Positions 1-14,400 of a stretch of 64,000 nucleotides of DNA are shown here, piece by piece. This DNA is from Asterias rubens (Eukaryota). The translations under genes were made by a program, and so were the position numbers. The notes under the pieces were generated by a model. It did no database searches and was not told the origin of the DNA. It worked only from the letters and a program-made list of their open reading frames with translations. Every line of letters starts with the position of its first letter. Position 1 is the first letter of the stretch. The stretch is taken from positions 11,594,001 through 11,658,000 of the forward strand of contig NC_047081.1 in NCBI RefSeq assembly GCF_902459465.1, read 5' to 3'.

Positions 1-1228
1 TAAGGATTAAAAAGCGCTACAACACCTCGAACGCAACACGTAAGATTGGGCTTAAATAATTGCTACACTTCTTCAATTTTAAAATTGAAATTAAAATCGT
101 GTCTTTTAAAGGTAGAGGCACTAAGAACAAAAATGGCACTTGTCGACATCTATTGTCGAAAGCTTTAATGCCATCATTCTGTCTTTCAATATCAAAATAA
201 TGACTCATCTTTGCCGATGTGTATTTTTCCTGAATGTTTCGCAAAAGCTTAATAGACATGACCTCAAAATGACATCTTTACCCCTAAATAAAAACATTAA
301 TAATATGCAAATCCAGAAATACTCACCTCTGTTTCTTAGAAGAAGCAGTACTGTAAACAACAACAAGTTCCACCATCTATCTAAGATCACACGAAATGTC
401 CACTTGCTTGGCATCATGATGTCAGTCGTTTATAATATTTTCTTATTTTTACTGTAAACAATTCAAAACTCAGATGACTTTTCCTGATTTTTAAGATTCC
501 AAATGCTCCTCAAGAACTTTCTGGAACGGCGTACAAGAAAGTGACTTTGGTTTCTAAAGATCCAAGAGATTGATACACACAAATAGTATATACCATTGCG
601 TCATGCGTAAAGTGTAATCCAACAACGTAAACGTAAACGTAACCGTAAATACGCCAAGGTGACCGAAGCGAAGGATTCGCCGCCAACCTTTGTGAAACTC
701 AATTCACCCCACAAACTCGAAAACTATCGCGGCTCTGGTTCGCTGATATTCTCAGAAAATTCATGGGCGCTCTTGGCTGTTTACACTGGCCGGTGAATTC
801 CTCTTAGTTACCTTTATGCAAAGGTTGTGTTCGTGATGAAACATCCCAAATTCCATGTTTGGAAAAAGTCCTTATTGCGTAACTGACATCCAATACCATT
901 CACGATTCCATCATCTAGGGATATGTTGTCGGTTTAGCAATAAAGCGGGCATTCGAATTCAAACTGAATCTCTTTTTGTTTACCAGGGTCGATACGAGTG
1001 GAGACTCCGTATTCAAATACTTCCTTTAGATGAGACGCTCAAAATTATTTAGTTATCCTTTTTACTCCTCCTTTCTGAATTGCAGCTCGAGAGAGAGACA
1101 AGCTCCGAAATAATAATTTGATAGAATATGTCCTTGAGGTCACGTTTAGACGTAATGATGCACGCAGACAGGTCTTCTATGGTCGCATCCCCAAGCGCTA
1201 GCTGGACAGAAGTTCATATCGCACTCAC

Positions 1229-1259
1229 CACACACCGTACGCCAATCTCGTCTCCCCAT
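1229..1259 (-). CDS. Possible first coding exon (MGRRDWRTVC-G) of an unidentified minus-strand gene running off the left edge
   Basis: First ATG after an in-frame stop, followed by a strong donor TGTG|GTGAGT. GC-richer upstream region with NRF1-like GCGCATGCGC-type motifs near 1830 and 1925. No homology recognised. Confidence 0.25.
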
Positions 1260-2893
1260 CACGTCAAACGCTCGCCTTGTGCGGGCGCTGCTGCCTTGCG
1301 TAGATTATGTTACCAATAATATCCAACGCGCCTGTTGGGAAAACACGACGATTGTGGTTTCCGGAATTCAATCAGAAACAGTGCGTAGAAGGAATTAGAA
1401 GATTTGTGATATTGCTTGGAATTGTCTTAAGAAAGTGTCTTAAGAAAGTCGCTGAGTACGTGTTGTGGCAGCCTCACGACTGTTCCTTGTGGTCGAAACA
1501 TAATACATCTACACAGGCACAGGTTTGTCCTTGCCAAGTTCCTGCGATCGATTTGCCGAAAAAGTTATCACAAAATATTTCGCAAAGGGTACCATACATC
1601 ACGCGTAAGTTTCCATCCGAAGATTTAACTATTTTACGGAGAAGTACATTGTTTTGTTTGTAGAATAAACACAAACAAAAACGTTTTTTTTTTATTTATA
1701 AAAACATTCCACCAAGCAGAATTTCCAATATGAACACATAAGCTCGACACACATACATCAATTGGAGGATAGCAATTCCAACACACTGACGCGAGAAAGA
1801 CAAATTCCCAGGCTACGATCGACCAGATAATACGCATGCGCCACAGCCACCGGAAATAATTTTAACATTTAATATTATGCGTCCCCATAGTTCACTTTTA
1901 TTTTCAGGAAAGATCAGTAGGTCTGCGCGTGCGCAATCCGCACGCCGTCTTCGTGGGGGAGTTGGTTTATGAAAAGCGACAACGCGTGTGACTCTTATGG
2001 TGATTCGCCTGTGTAAGGTTTTTCACTCGAAGCAAAATAACTCGTGTTTGTTTTGATATCAGACCTTTAGAGGTTGTCACTGCTACTTTCAATTTGCCAC
2101 GTTTCATCAAAGGTGTTTCGGTACCACAAAACATTCATCAGCCTTGTGGGCTGCCGCCGACATAGGTGCAGTTGATCCAGCATGGATATGAATGTTATGA
2201 CCAGTGTTTTCATGTTGCATACGTCATGGCATGGCGTGACGTCTTTAGAAGCTGCTCATCAAGCCGGCGGATTGATAATGCGTCAGTTTTGACATTTTGG
2301 TGTGAACAATAAAATAATGGACAATTTCGGAAAGGACGTGGAATGATGTCCTTCACCGGATAATGCAGTGCTTATGCGCGGACGGACTTCTGATGGTGTT
2401 ACATGTGTCTGCCAATACTTACCTCGACACGAAAAGTAAATAATTGGTTCAAGTCTGCTGCCACCTAGTGTCTGAAATTGTATTATTATTATTTTTTTTT
2501 TTTTACAATAGTAATGTTGACAATTCAGAGCTCAATCAACTCTGGACTTCACATAAATATTTTTCAATATTATGGATTTAAAATTCTTGAATCAAAACTA
2601 CGATCTTTAAAATTGGAAGATCTACATTTATAAAAGTGATGATACATATGAAAATATGCACTTTTTGTCATAGCCAATCAGTCTGCAGTAAGGGAGTTAT
2701 TTCTTCGGATTTTTAATAATATTATTCATAATTCTGATAACAAATCCTTTATGTTTTGTTTATTACCAGCTTGATAAAAAGTCTGCAAAAAACCACTACG
2801 TGACCATCGTAATGACACTCCTAATTATTTTCGATAAAAGTCGTTCCATAGCATACAACCAGTGAACCTGTTTCTAAATAGTTTGTCTATATA

Positions 2894-3045
2894 GGGTGCG
2901 TTCGTTTAGCTTCCCTGGGTCGACCCCGGTGTGTGGCGGTTTTTTTTCCCAGGACGAACGTGGGTAACTATCTGCACACGTTCGTCCTGGATAAAGAAAA
3001 CGCCACACATCGGGGTCGACCCGGGGAAGCTAATCAAACGCACCC
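2894..3045. mobile_element. Palindromic MITE (GGGTGCGTTCG termini), copy 1
   Basis: Near-perfect fold-back (GGGTGCGTTCGTTTAGC ... GCTAATCAAACGCACCC), flanked ATA/ATA; second copy at 32690-32846. Confidence 0.8.
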
Positions 3046-3994
3046 ATAGAAAAAGAAGAGAAAAAACTGTTTGACGCCCTCACTATTAATAACCCCAAAA
3101 TATCAACAGAGGGCGGACAATATGCCGTCAGCTAGATGGCGATGTCGAGAAGCTCAGTGGTGGCGCTATGCAATAATCATAGCTGCTGAGAAAGCTAGAT
3201 GTTATTATTATTTTTCACAGGTTATGTCTCAAGATTTCTTTCTGCCGCTATTTCTCTCCACTAATCTAATCTTTCACAGTGTCTGAAAAGGACGTCGGTT
3301 TACCTGGGGTGGATTTCACAAAGAGTTAAGTCTGTGTCTTATCTCGAGTACGAGGTTACTGATCGTCCTAGCTATGGACTAGCCTTAAGTTTTTTATTTA
3401 CTCCTAAAAATTAAAAATGTCCTACAGCACTGGTCCTAATATACTGATAATCTCTAAAGGAGGGGATAATGCGTAGCCCTACCATCAGTTGAAATATTCG
3501 TTAACAGTGTAACAACAGTCACACTTTCATTACGAAATAAGACTACCAATGAGGACTATGGCATTCTGTTTCAGATATAAAAATGATCCATCTAACCACA
3601 GTCCGCCCTTTTGATTTAAACCGGCTATCATGTATAATGCATAGAATTGGTAAACGAGAAAAAAATGGGCAGTGAACTGCCTAGCCTTACGCTTACGGTT
3701 TGAATCTCATTTCCAATGGTTCATTCTGTGACTACACAGGGCGAGACAAAGATGACACAAAACTCTAACTTTGACGACTCGTTTGAATAGAGGTATCTTT
3801 CAAGCTTGACTGACGCCTGTGGGCTTAAATCATAACAAAACGTTTGAGTTTTGGGTCAGTGGTGTTGGTGTTTAGACAAATATACATGGCTAAACTAGCA
3901 ATCAATCGGCAGAGTTGATGCTGTTTTATAATGTTTATGTAGCAGCCTGTTTGTGAAAAAATACATATGCTTGAATGACATAAATGATCAACAA

Positions 3995-4380
3995 TTAAAG
4001 GCAGTGGACACTATTGGTAATTGTCAAAGACTAGCCTTCACAGTCGGTGTATATCAACATATGCATAAAATAACAAACCTGTGAAAATTTGAGCTCAATC
4101 AGTCATCGAAGTTGCGAGATAATAATGAAAGAAAAAACACCCTTGTCACAGGAAGTTGTGTGAGTTTAGATGGTTGATTTCGAGACCTCAAGTTCTAAAT
4201 CTGAGGTCTCGAAATCAAATTCGTGGAAAATTACTTCTTTCTCGATAACTACGTCACTTCAGAGGGAGCGGTTTCTCACAATGTTTTATACCATCAACCT
4301 CTCCCCATTTCTCGTCACCAAGCAAGGTTCCATGCTAATAATTACTTTGAGTAATTATCATTAGTGTCCACTGCCTTTAA
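3995..4380. mobile_element. Non-autonomous TTAA-target DNA transposon (Kolobok/T2-type MITE), family A, full length
   Basis: TTAA|AGGCAGTGGACACT ... AGTGTCCACTGCCT|TTAA. A TTAA TSD with AGG termini is the T2/Kolobok pattern. At least 7 further copies or fragments lie in the window. Confidence 0.85.
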
Positions 4381-5473
4381 GTACAATTGAATGTTAATAA
4401 AACACCAAACTTTTACTTTATAGAAAATAATTAACTTACTCGGAATGGAAACTCTACTTACCATAACTATGGACACCAAGAGTTTCCGCCAAAAGTTAGG
4501 TGACGATATATAGCCATTTCATAAATAATGAACAAATGCACAACAACTCTTGTGAAAAGATAAATGTTTTCTCGCCTTCAAATAATGCTGTTAAAGGTTT
4601 TCGATTTTTTTATTTTCGCCCAAAACCTCACTTGGCTGAAACACGTAAACAAACAAACAAAAATACTTTGTTCTGTTCCTTTCTCCGTGAAAGGGAAACA
4701 CCTAAAACACCAATGCCATGAAACGAACCTTGTTTGGAAGCTAACTGTCGTTTTTACAAATAACTTTGCTTAGTATACAACATCTGTGGCAAAAGCATGC
4801 TTTTAGTTGTTGGTATGAATTTATGTTGTAACAAAACACCCGACCTCTGATTGTTAAAGGGTTATGTCAACTTTCAGAGTTGCAAACAAAAATGGCTGAA
4901 TACGTTTCCAGTGAACACGATTTCTAGTTGAAAGCTCACCATTGTGTGTCAAGCATAACTCCCATATACAACGGGGTTCCCATAATAGCAGTCATTAAAT
5001 AGTTTTATTCATAAAGCAAGACAGATTTCTGAAGAACGGGCTTTCAGTTTATGCTTGACCGCTCAGGGTCTTTATTCACTATAGACTGAGACTATTTTTG
5101 CAAGGTCAAAGAAGTATTAGAGAGAGAGAGGCAGGGGAAAATTACGAATAAGATGTTCAGCATAGCAGGTGTACACGTGAATAAAGATTTCGTTCAATCA
5201 GAATTTCCTTTCTGAGTGTATTGGCTTCGTGTTCTTCACACTTTATGCGATTTGGTGAAGAGAGAGACACACTACCATTTGGCTGGGAACAGTCCCAAAA
5301 ATAACTTCAGAAAAAGCTCTTTGTCAACACCAACAAAGGCGTGCACCGGTACACAACACTGTCTGGGCGAACAGTGACACGTTATTTGGTATCCAAGTTC
5401 ACACTAAAACTCCAGGGAAATAATCAACCCATGGTCTAGCTACCACAGAGCCAGACGCACCGGAGCACCGGGG

Positions 5474-8400
5474 ATGGAGAACCCGCTTCAGGAACGGTAC
5501 CCTGATGAGGGGGAAGCTGGTACGGATCATGGAAGTCGAGTGGAGGAAATCTTGTGTGAGATCGATGAAGGGGATGGGTTTCGATTACAGGAAGTTTTGA
5601 ACCGATGGAAAGACGAGGGTTTAGAGGTAACGAGTTGCCGTGACAGGAGAGGGTTGTCGCTTTATACGACAGCCATCGAAAATGGTTTTCTAGGTAAGGA
5701 TTTAGTGACGACTCTCGAATCTTATCTGCAGGCCCTAGTTTGTGAATTTGTCCTTAAAGATTAAAAATTATATACTATGCTTTAGAAACATTGTGTGTTG
5801 TGTGACTAAAATTATATTAAAAATACATCTTGTTATTTCATTACAGATGTCATCAATGCTCTTTTGAAGCACGATGTTTATTTGGGAGACGCCCTCATCC
5901 GTTGTGTTGAAGAAAACTTCAACGATGCGTCTTTGGTGATAAGCCGCTATCTCTCAACTCGTCCGGTAAGAATATATATTATATCAATATGTTCTTGCAC
6001 AAATGTCGTCGCCTAGCGGTTAAGAGCACGAGACTTAAGCTCTGGTGTGTCTGATCAGCAGAGTGTGAGTTCGAATCCAGTCGTGACACACGTGTCCTTA
6101 AGCAAGACACTTTGATGCGTCGGCCTTCGGATGGGACGTTAAGCCGTTGGTCCCGTGTCATGTGTACGCACGAATAGATCGCAGTGCACTTATCAAACAT
6201 ATATACGGGGTTTGCCACTGTGTTTCTGCAGCCGATTTCACGAAACGCTAGGATTAATCCTAACTCGAGTTCTGATGAGTAACTTCAGGATGGGTTCAAT
6301 GCGTGCTACGTATTTTGATACGGAACTAAACCTGTCACTGATTACTTAGATTAATCCTAAGTTAGGAAGAGTTTGGTGAAATCGACGGTTGGTTTGATAT
6401 GGCTGCATATACAGACTAAATGAGTAATTAAGGATAAGTGCGGACCTCAGTGCAGCGAACAATAGCATTATTTTCTCATTCTAGTGCGCTATACTATTAT
6501 TGTGAGGATTTGTGTTCAGCAGACGCATAACTTTTGCCTTTTAACATAAGTTGTGTTTGATTCTATTTCAATGGTCTATACGTGGCACAAGTTGAATGGA
6601 ATACCCTATCAATTCAGTGGCGTGTTCAGGGACTCGGAGTCTTGCATGGGTGAAGAAAACAAAGGAATGGCAATGACAACCTTATTTGGTAAAGAGCTTT
6701 TAGAGAACTGTTGATAATATAAAACATTTCAATACAAAATTCAGTTTATGAGAAATAGGTAACTTTCATCAATAATTGTGAATCTGAGAAGGCTTTTGGT
6801 AACCTATGAAGTTGTAAGTTTTTTACAGTGGTGTGATTTGGGATGCACAAAGTGAGGACACTGGTCTTTGACAATAACGAAAAGTAGTACACCCTGCCTT
6901 GGAACTATTCATAAACTCGCTCTACTGAAGACATTGTATATGGTTTACATACAGCAGTATATGCGTAACAAAGCTAACCAAAAACCCTCTGCTGAATTTG
7001 AAAGGACCTTTGTGAACTCCAAAAATTTGGTTGTAACTGTAGCCTATAGGTTGTTTTTTCGCATGATATATTTAAAACTCGTCGTAATTTGAACGCAATT
7101 CAACCTTTGGCTGCATATGACGTTTTAGTGCACTCAATAAACCAAATCAAAATTTTAAAAAGAAAACAAGGGAAACTGACTGTTGGGTAATCTTTTAAAA
7201 TGATTTGGTGTTGGAAGACTAGATGCAATCGGGCTTGAAAGTATTGGAAGACTAGATGCAATCGGGCTTGAAAGTATTGGAAGACTAGATGCAATCGGGC
7301 TTGAAAGTATATAAATAAGTATATAACCGGAGATTCTGAGTCCATGAGTCATGCAACATGTTTCTGCTTTTGACAGGAGAAAAAATGACACACAATCCTA
7401 CACAATGCTGTATTATACTATCAATAGCTCTTCATTGCTCATTCAAGTGAGCTTTTATGCTAACGAAACTTTTCAGTAATTGCAAAAAGTGTTTAGTGCC
7501 TTCAAAAGCAGATTTGTGTAAAGAATGTAGCCGCCCTCGGCTCTTCCATACAAATATTTCCCTTCTCATCCATATTCCTGAGTCTAAAAATGAAAAAGTC
7601 CAACCAATATTATTCTCTCTTTACCTTATCGTGGTATGCAGCTATTCCAGCTTCACAAATACATTAACGGTATAACATGTAACTGTTTATTAATAACAGG
7701 AACTTTGCGAGGTGGTCATCAATGCAACTTCAGACAATGGTGACTTCCATCCCGCCATTACACCCATCATCCTTGCCGCACAGAAAAATAACTACGAGGT
7801 CGTTAAAGTGAGTTCACAGTAGATTTTAAAGATGATTCTTGGCTTGAATTTTACACTGGAGCGTAGGACCGTGGCCAGTGATTTTATATCCTGAGGCCAG
7901 TAAACTCCTGACCAGGCGCGTCTGGTGGCCTTGGGTTTGTCGATTAAATATCTATACCTAATTTATTGTGTATCATTTCATTTCAATTGTTAACTTTGAA
8001 TCTGAATTAATTACTTTTTCCAACCCGCCCAATGCGAACGTCTAGCTTGCTTTTGGTTGTTTTTGAAATCCGAGAGAAGTCAGAGGCGGATCCAGGATTT
8101 CCCAAATGGATGGCGTGATTTATATGTGGCGAATCTGTAAGGGGTGACTTTGTAAGGTAGTGACTTTGTAACGGGTGACTTCATACGTGGCGACTGTTCA
8201 TTCAGTTTAGAGGGTATCTGCAAATGTCTACTTAGAAGAAAACAATTGTGTGCTTTGGTGTTTTGTTTTCGAATCATCGAATTTAATGCAGAGTGTTTCA
8301 TATATTAGGTGTTGGTGGGTTTGGGAGCGACTATTACCGAACCTAAGATGTCCACCGGGGCTGAGGTAACCCTGACCCAGGCCCTCTCGACCATCCATAT

Positions 8401-11400
8401 CTATCGTGCTCTCTCCCAGCCCGCATACATGATGAGCAGCACCGAGCTTGATATTTTTGGATACGCATTCAGAGTAAGTTGTAGTGGATGGCCAATACAT
8501 CTTTAAAGGCACTGGACATGTTGGAAACATATTGTCAAAGACCAGTGTTTTCACTTGGTGTATCCCAACATATGCATAAAATAACAAATCTGTGAAAATT
8601 TGGACTCAATTGGTCGTCGAAGTTACTAGAGAATAATGAATAAAAAAAAGACACCATTTGTTGCACAATGTGTGTTTTCAGATGCCCAAAAAGGGCTTCA
8701 GTGCTGATATGAAGTAATCTAATACTTCACTGAGAAATTACATCTCTTTCCCAAAAACTACGCTACTTCAGGGAGAGCAGTTTCTCACAATGTTTTATAC
8801 TATTAACAGCTCTTAATTGATTGTTAATAAGTTAAGTTTTATGCTAACAATTATTTTGAGTGATTACCAATAGTGTCCAACAGTAGGCCTACAGTTCCTT
8901 GTTTTGTTGTTGTTTAGATGAGTAAGAAGCTGCGGGACCTGGGGGCCGCATGGGAGGATTTTGGGGCCGAATTCCATTCCATGGCAGACAAAGTGGACCA
9001 ATTCGTAGCCGACCTTTTTGGACAGTCGGCATCCACGGATGAGGTAAAAGTTTTGAAGGTGTTTTTTAAGGTGGGAACTGTAAATAACTTGTTTATAAGA
9101 GAGCAGGTATTTTTCTTAATTTCTTTTTGTTAAATGATTCATTGTTTTAACAATTCACAGTCTCGCGTCTGTCATGTTCTTCGCACAGTTAGTATACACA
9201 GTAGAAACTCACAGGTGAAAAACGTCGTACACACACTCTATTAGTATTAACTGTGCTCAACGTTATTAGCTCTGTCATTTTGGCCTACTGATTTTGGTTT
9301 GGTTATGTTATCGTTGACGCCAATCTACAGTGTCAAGCTTTCTTCATATGGAATGTTCTTTGAAAAGTAAACAATGAAAGTTGTCCAGTTTTGTACACTT
9401 TTCTTCTCTGTCTCTGACTTATAACAGGTCTTTTATGACCATTTAAGTCTCAGTATTTTGTGGGTTGGTGGCATACAAACAACTGTGTGGGTTTCTATAC
9501 AGTGGAACAAAGGTCCCTACCGGGAATTCATCAGAATAGACCCGAGAAAAGCCTCGCGACGATAAGGTCACAATTTAGCTTCCGGGCAACTCTGAACCGT
9601 CAGCTGTGGGAGTCTAAAGTGTGTGTAGTTTGTTGTTTGGTTTTGGGGGTGTTTTTTTTTTTCACGTTACCTTTTTTTTCAATTAAAGAGTTGGTGCAAC
9701 GGTTTCAAGTAAAACGAACAGTGAGTGCAATAAATAAGGTTAAAATTAAATCTGGAAACTTATGAGAAAATAAAGACAATAACTCGACCTCAACTCAATC
9801 ATCCAGCTTCTCGTTTTTTTGTTCTCTCTTTTTACCGAAATCCCAGTTTGTGTTATTGTACCATTTACTCCTTATAAACCAGAACTATTATTTAGATTTT
9901 TTTCATAAAAATGAGAATAGCAAGATAGATTACAAATCATTGTGTGTTTTTTCGTGGCAGGTTTTGGCACTGTTTTGCTATCATAAAGATGACACATACA
10001 GGACTGAAGGAAAACAATACCCTCTTGCTAAGGTGTCTGAGGCAATTAAGTATCATCAGAAGGATGTGAGTGTGCTCTCTCATTGTGTTTGTTTTTGCCA
10101 TGTTGAAGTCTATTCGTATATCCACACACCATCAAAGTTTAACTATAAGGGTTCTATTTATTTGAGACACACACGGTGGTTCAAAACATAGTTTGGTACA
10201 TGTTTTATTGTTCGATAGCTTTCAATGTTGCAGCTGTTCTTGTATGTTTGTTTTAAATTTTTGCAAAATGTCCCCGGGCCTCTACACAATACCTATAACA
10301 AACGGGAATTGATGATGTGACTTTTTGTACAATAAGAATCATTTCACCAAACATAACCCCGATCGCGACTAGAGTTTTCAAATTCTTTTTATTTTTCATT
10401 CTGCCTGTTCTTTTCCATTCCCGGTCTGATTAGTTTATAGCGCATCCGCACACGCAGAAGGTTTTAATCTGCCACTTCTACCGGAATCTACTGTCATGGA
10501 ATAACAAGGGCGCCCTCAATAGTTTCCTCACTGCTTTTCTAGTGATAGCATGTTCCCCGTTGATTTGTTTGGCGTATATCCTACTTCCAGTGAAGCAGGT
10601 CATTCAATTCGTTCGCATTCCGTGAGTATTCAATCAAATTATGAAAGACAGAGCCAATAAAACATTTCATTTTATTTTTTTAAATCTTAGGTAAAACAAT
10701 TAATTTCTTATGTGGCTTACAGGTGTCATTATCTTCGTTTCGGTTCTCGTTTAAATTCCTAAAAGTAGTTGCTCCCCCAGCAGTTGCTTCCAATTTATTT
10801 TATTTGAAATCTCTGTAAAAAGGAAATATTCTGTCGGTGAAAATAATAATATCTAAATAAGCCGAGTAAAAGATGGTCTTTTCCCCCGAATGTCCCTGGC
10901 AATTAACTGCTGATCAGGGTGAAGAGCTACAATCAAAAGAGACCGTTCACCACTCACTTTGCAGTTCTTACATCTATCAAATTCTAAATGCTACGTCATG
11001 TTGATGTTTTTAACACCCACAGGTACGTAATGATGCTCTTAAATTTCGCCTCATTGTTGGCTTTCATCGGGCTGATTGTTGCACTTGGAGTTACAGCGCG
11101 AGCATCAGATCCCAAATTCAGTGAGACACTGCGGCTTACCATATTCATTTGGAACATCGGTTAGTGGTTGCCCCTTCCATGAGAGATAACACGGGTGCCA
11201 TTGGAGTTTCTGCATCGTGCGGAACATTGTGCAACGTGTATACATCAACTATGTTATTGTTGATTATACTTTTTTTCAAAGCTAATAACCATTCCAGAGG
11301 CTGTAGTGAAAGTTTGGTTAAAAAAAACTAGCATTTAGAAAGATTTTATTTTTTATGTTTTGTTTGATTATTATTTTGTACCGTGAAAATGCAGTATTTT

Positions 11401-14400
11401 GTGTACACAAGCATAAGTTTATGTTGAAAGTGTTGAGTCATACTGCCTAAATGGTCATACGCCATTTCAATCAGGTCTATCCGAAGATAACACCTAAAGG
11501 CTTCACATGTTTTTGTTAAAGTAGTTGGAATTAGAAAGTAAAAGATGGATAATGACCTTTCTCGACATGCAGGTACCTTTTGGCTCCACATTCAGTTTAT
11601 ATGGAAACGAGGAGGGAACCGATTCATTGAGGGCTCAACTAAGATTCAGGATGCCATTGTTGTGAGCCTTTACCTCACCATATTCTGCCTACAGTGGGAT
11701 TGGAACGTACAGGTAGGTAAAATAAATGGGCAATGTGGGTTCGAATCCCCAATGACCTATTCTAATTATGGCCGTATAATTACCAATCAAACTGCAGATT
11801 TGGAAAGCCTACGTCACTGCTCGTTATTATCCAATGAAATCATTGTATCAAATGAAATCACTGGTTCTAAAAAGCAAGTACCTGTCTTTATCCTTGCGGA
11901 TAAAGTGACAATGGACCATTCTTTTACACTAGCCTGGATGGCCTACTATGACGCGGTATATTGGTTACTGGTGTTTTACTCTGAGTTTTTTCTCGAAAAC
12001 AGATTAATCCAAACGTGGTTGTTGACCAGGCGCGCAGTCGCCGTGCAGCAGCAGCAGCGAACTCTACCTACTTCACGCTAAAAGAAACTATCGAGCTTCA
12101 ACACCATGTGTCGTCGTCGCTAGACTCCATGGGGCAAAGGTTGACGACGTCACTCCGAGGGGAAATAGACTCCACCATCATGCAGACGTTGTTGGGCTTG
12201 TCTTGCACGTACGAACTACCAGTGACTACTCCTCGATCGCTTATGGACGTTGTACCTAAGCATTACCAGGAGCATGTTACCAGGGTTGCTTACGATCCCG
12301 TTCTGGTATCCGAGGCTCTGTATGGCGTCGCTATGGTGGTGTCCGTACTAAGGCTGACCAACCTCTTCATGGTCAGTGAGACGCTCGGGCCACTGCGGAT
12401 ATCCCTGGGGGGCATGGGAGGCGATTTCATGAAATTCCTGACCGTATTTTCTATCGTGTGGGTGGCTTTTTCTCTTGGGATGACGCATGTTTACGTATCA
12501 GTGGGACACACGGAGAAATTAATCTGCATCAGTAATGGTGGAAGTGAGGACAGTTGCAGCAATAAAGTCGTCTATGAAACGTAAGTTTTAACTTCCTTTC
12601 TTGTAAATTATGTTATAAAATTTACCAATCGGCGAGGCCGAATGGGCATTCGGTGTTTAATTAACGGGGTACACTTAAAGGCAGTGGACACTATTGGTAA
12701 TTACTCAAAATAATTATTAGCATAAAACCTTTCTTAGTGATGAGTAATGGAGAGAGGTTGATGGTATGAAACACTGTGAGAAACGGCTCCCTCTGAAGTG
12801 CCATAGCTTTCGAGAAACAAGTAATTTTCCACGAATTTGGTTTACAAGACCTCAGATTTAGAACTTGAGGTCTCGAAATCAACCATCTAAACGCACACAA
12901 CTTCGTGTGACATGGGTATTTTTCTCTTTCATTATTATCTCGCAAGTTCGATGACCAATTGAGCTCAAATTTTCACAGGTTTGTTATTTTATGCATACGC
13001 TGAGATACGCCAACTGTGAAGGCTAGTCTTTGACAATATTACCAATAGTGTTCACTGCCTTTAACACTGGTAATCCTATGCTGAAGGCTTTCCTTACTCT
13101 AGTATTTGTGGCGTATAGCAATCACAACAACAACACCAACATAAACAATGCACAACAAATATTAATTATTTCGAAGCCGCTTGTGGAACGTCACTGTCGT
13201 CTACCTGTCCATTATGTAATTTAATTCACCAAGTCTAGCTCAGTTTTGCAAATTAAACAAACGTCTTTACCGAGAACTTCGTATACCAATACAAACAAAA
13301 GGTAGAATATAAGATTCTTTGAATCAATCGCTTGGTGGCGCGCTATATTAATTTGTTCAATCAACCGAATACATTTGAAATGTTAATTTCACATCACGCG
13401 TGCGCACATTGCAACTAGTTTGCAAAACTGAGGGAACTATGCACCTTTTTCGTACTGCGACTAATGATGGCATGACGCATACCAGTTTGTGATTCTATAT
13501 AGTGCACAACCCATTATGTATACGCATGCTTGAATGTAATTAACATATTTATTAGAAAGGGGAAGAGCTAAATGTTTTGCAGTGTATTATTGACTATGTG
13601 ATCTTCTTCCAATCTTCGTTCGATTGTTACACAGTTTCGTCGGGACACTTCAGGCGCTTTACTGGACGTTGTTTGGCTACACCTCCCCACGAACTCTGGA
13701 ACTGTCAAACAGAAACTACGTGGCAGAAGGCGTGGGAACTTTTCTCTTCGCCAGTTTTATTGTAGTTGCGGTTATTATTTTGCTAAACGCCCTCATCGGT
13801 ATGTTATCCAACAGCTACAACAGTGTAGAGGTACGTGTAGTCGAGATTAGAACCCCTTGAATGACCTCATGAGCACAAAAATAGCGCCCCAATCTGGGGA
13901 AGACATGTTGGCTTAAAATATGCTGCATAAACAATGCTGCATAAACAGAAGAATTGAATTGAAGTGAAATTGAATTAATTGAATTGAAGAACACGTGCAG
14001 CCGAAAAAAAATACTTTGGCGGAATGACTGAAGTCAATTTGATATTGGATATCGGTTTGTACGGAGAATAGCAATGTTGTTTTTTCGATATTGGATGTTG
14101 GAAATTGGACATTCACGTAGGTTTGTGCAGTGATTGTCTGTCTAATACATCTAGGATATTGGATATTGGTCATTCACGTTGGTTTGTGCAGTGAATGTCT
14201 ATCTCATACATCTAGGATATTGGATATTTGGACATTCACGTAGGTTTGTACAGTGAATGTCTACCTTGTAAATCGATATTATGTTTTGTCCAATATTCAA
14301 AATCAGACTAACTTCACTGTCATCTTTGTGGAATTCGCCTTTGGTATCTTTAAATAAGATGAGAAAATAGAATCAGCTGTTGCAAACTGCTAACCAAACA

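Noticed and set aside
4170-4364. Recurrent short ORFs (also 12691-12945 and 60125-60369) as a small gene family
   Set aside because: They are translations of the same non-coding family A MITE interior; no transposase motif is visible.
6240-6285. Hammerhead ribozyme (GAAA ... CTGATGA)
   Set aside because: No U-H cleavage triplet or stem III pairing in register, and other family E copies lack CTGATGA.
7211-7309. 33-bp repeat as CRISPR direct repeats
   Set aside because: Head-to-tail with no spacers; a simple tandem repeat.
11545-12081. 178-aa ORF as a single CDS
   Set aside because: Only 11573-11712 is exon; the rest reads through an intron containing a dispersed repeat, and the next exon is in another frame.
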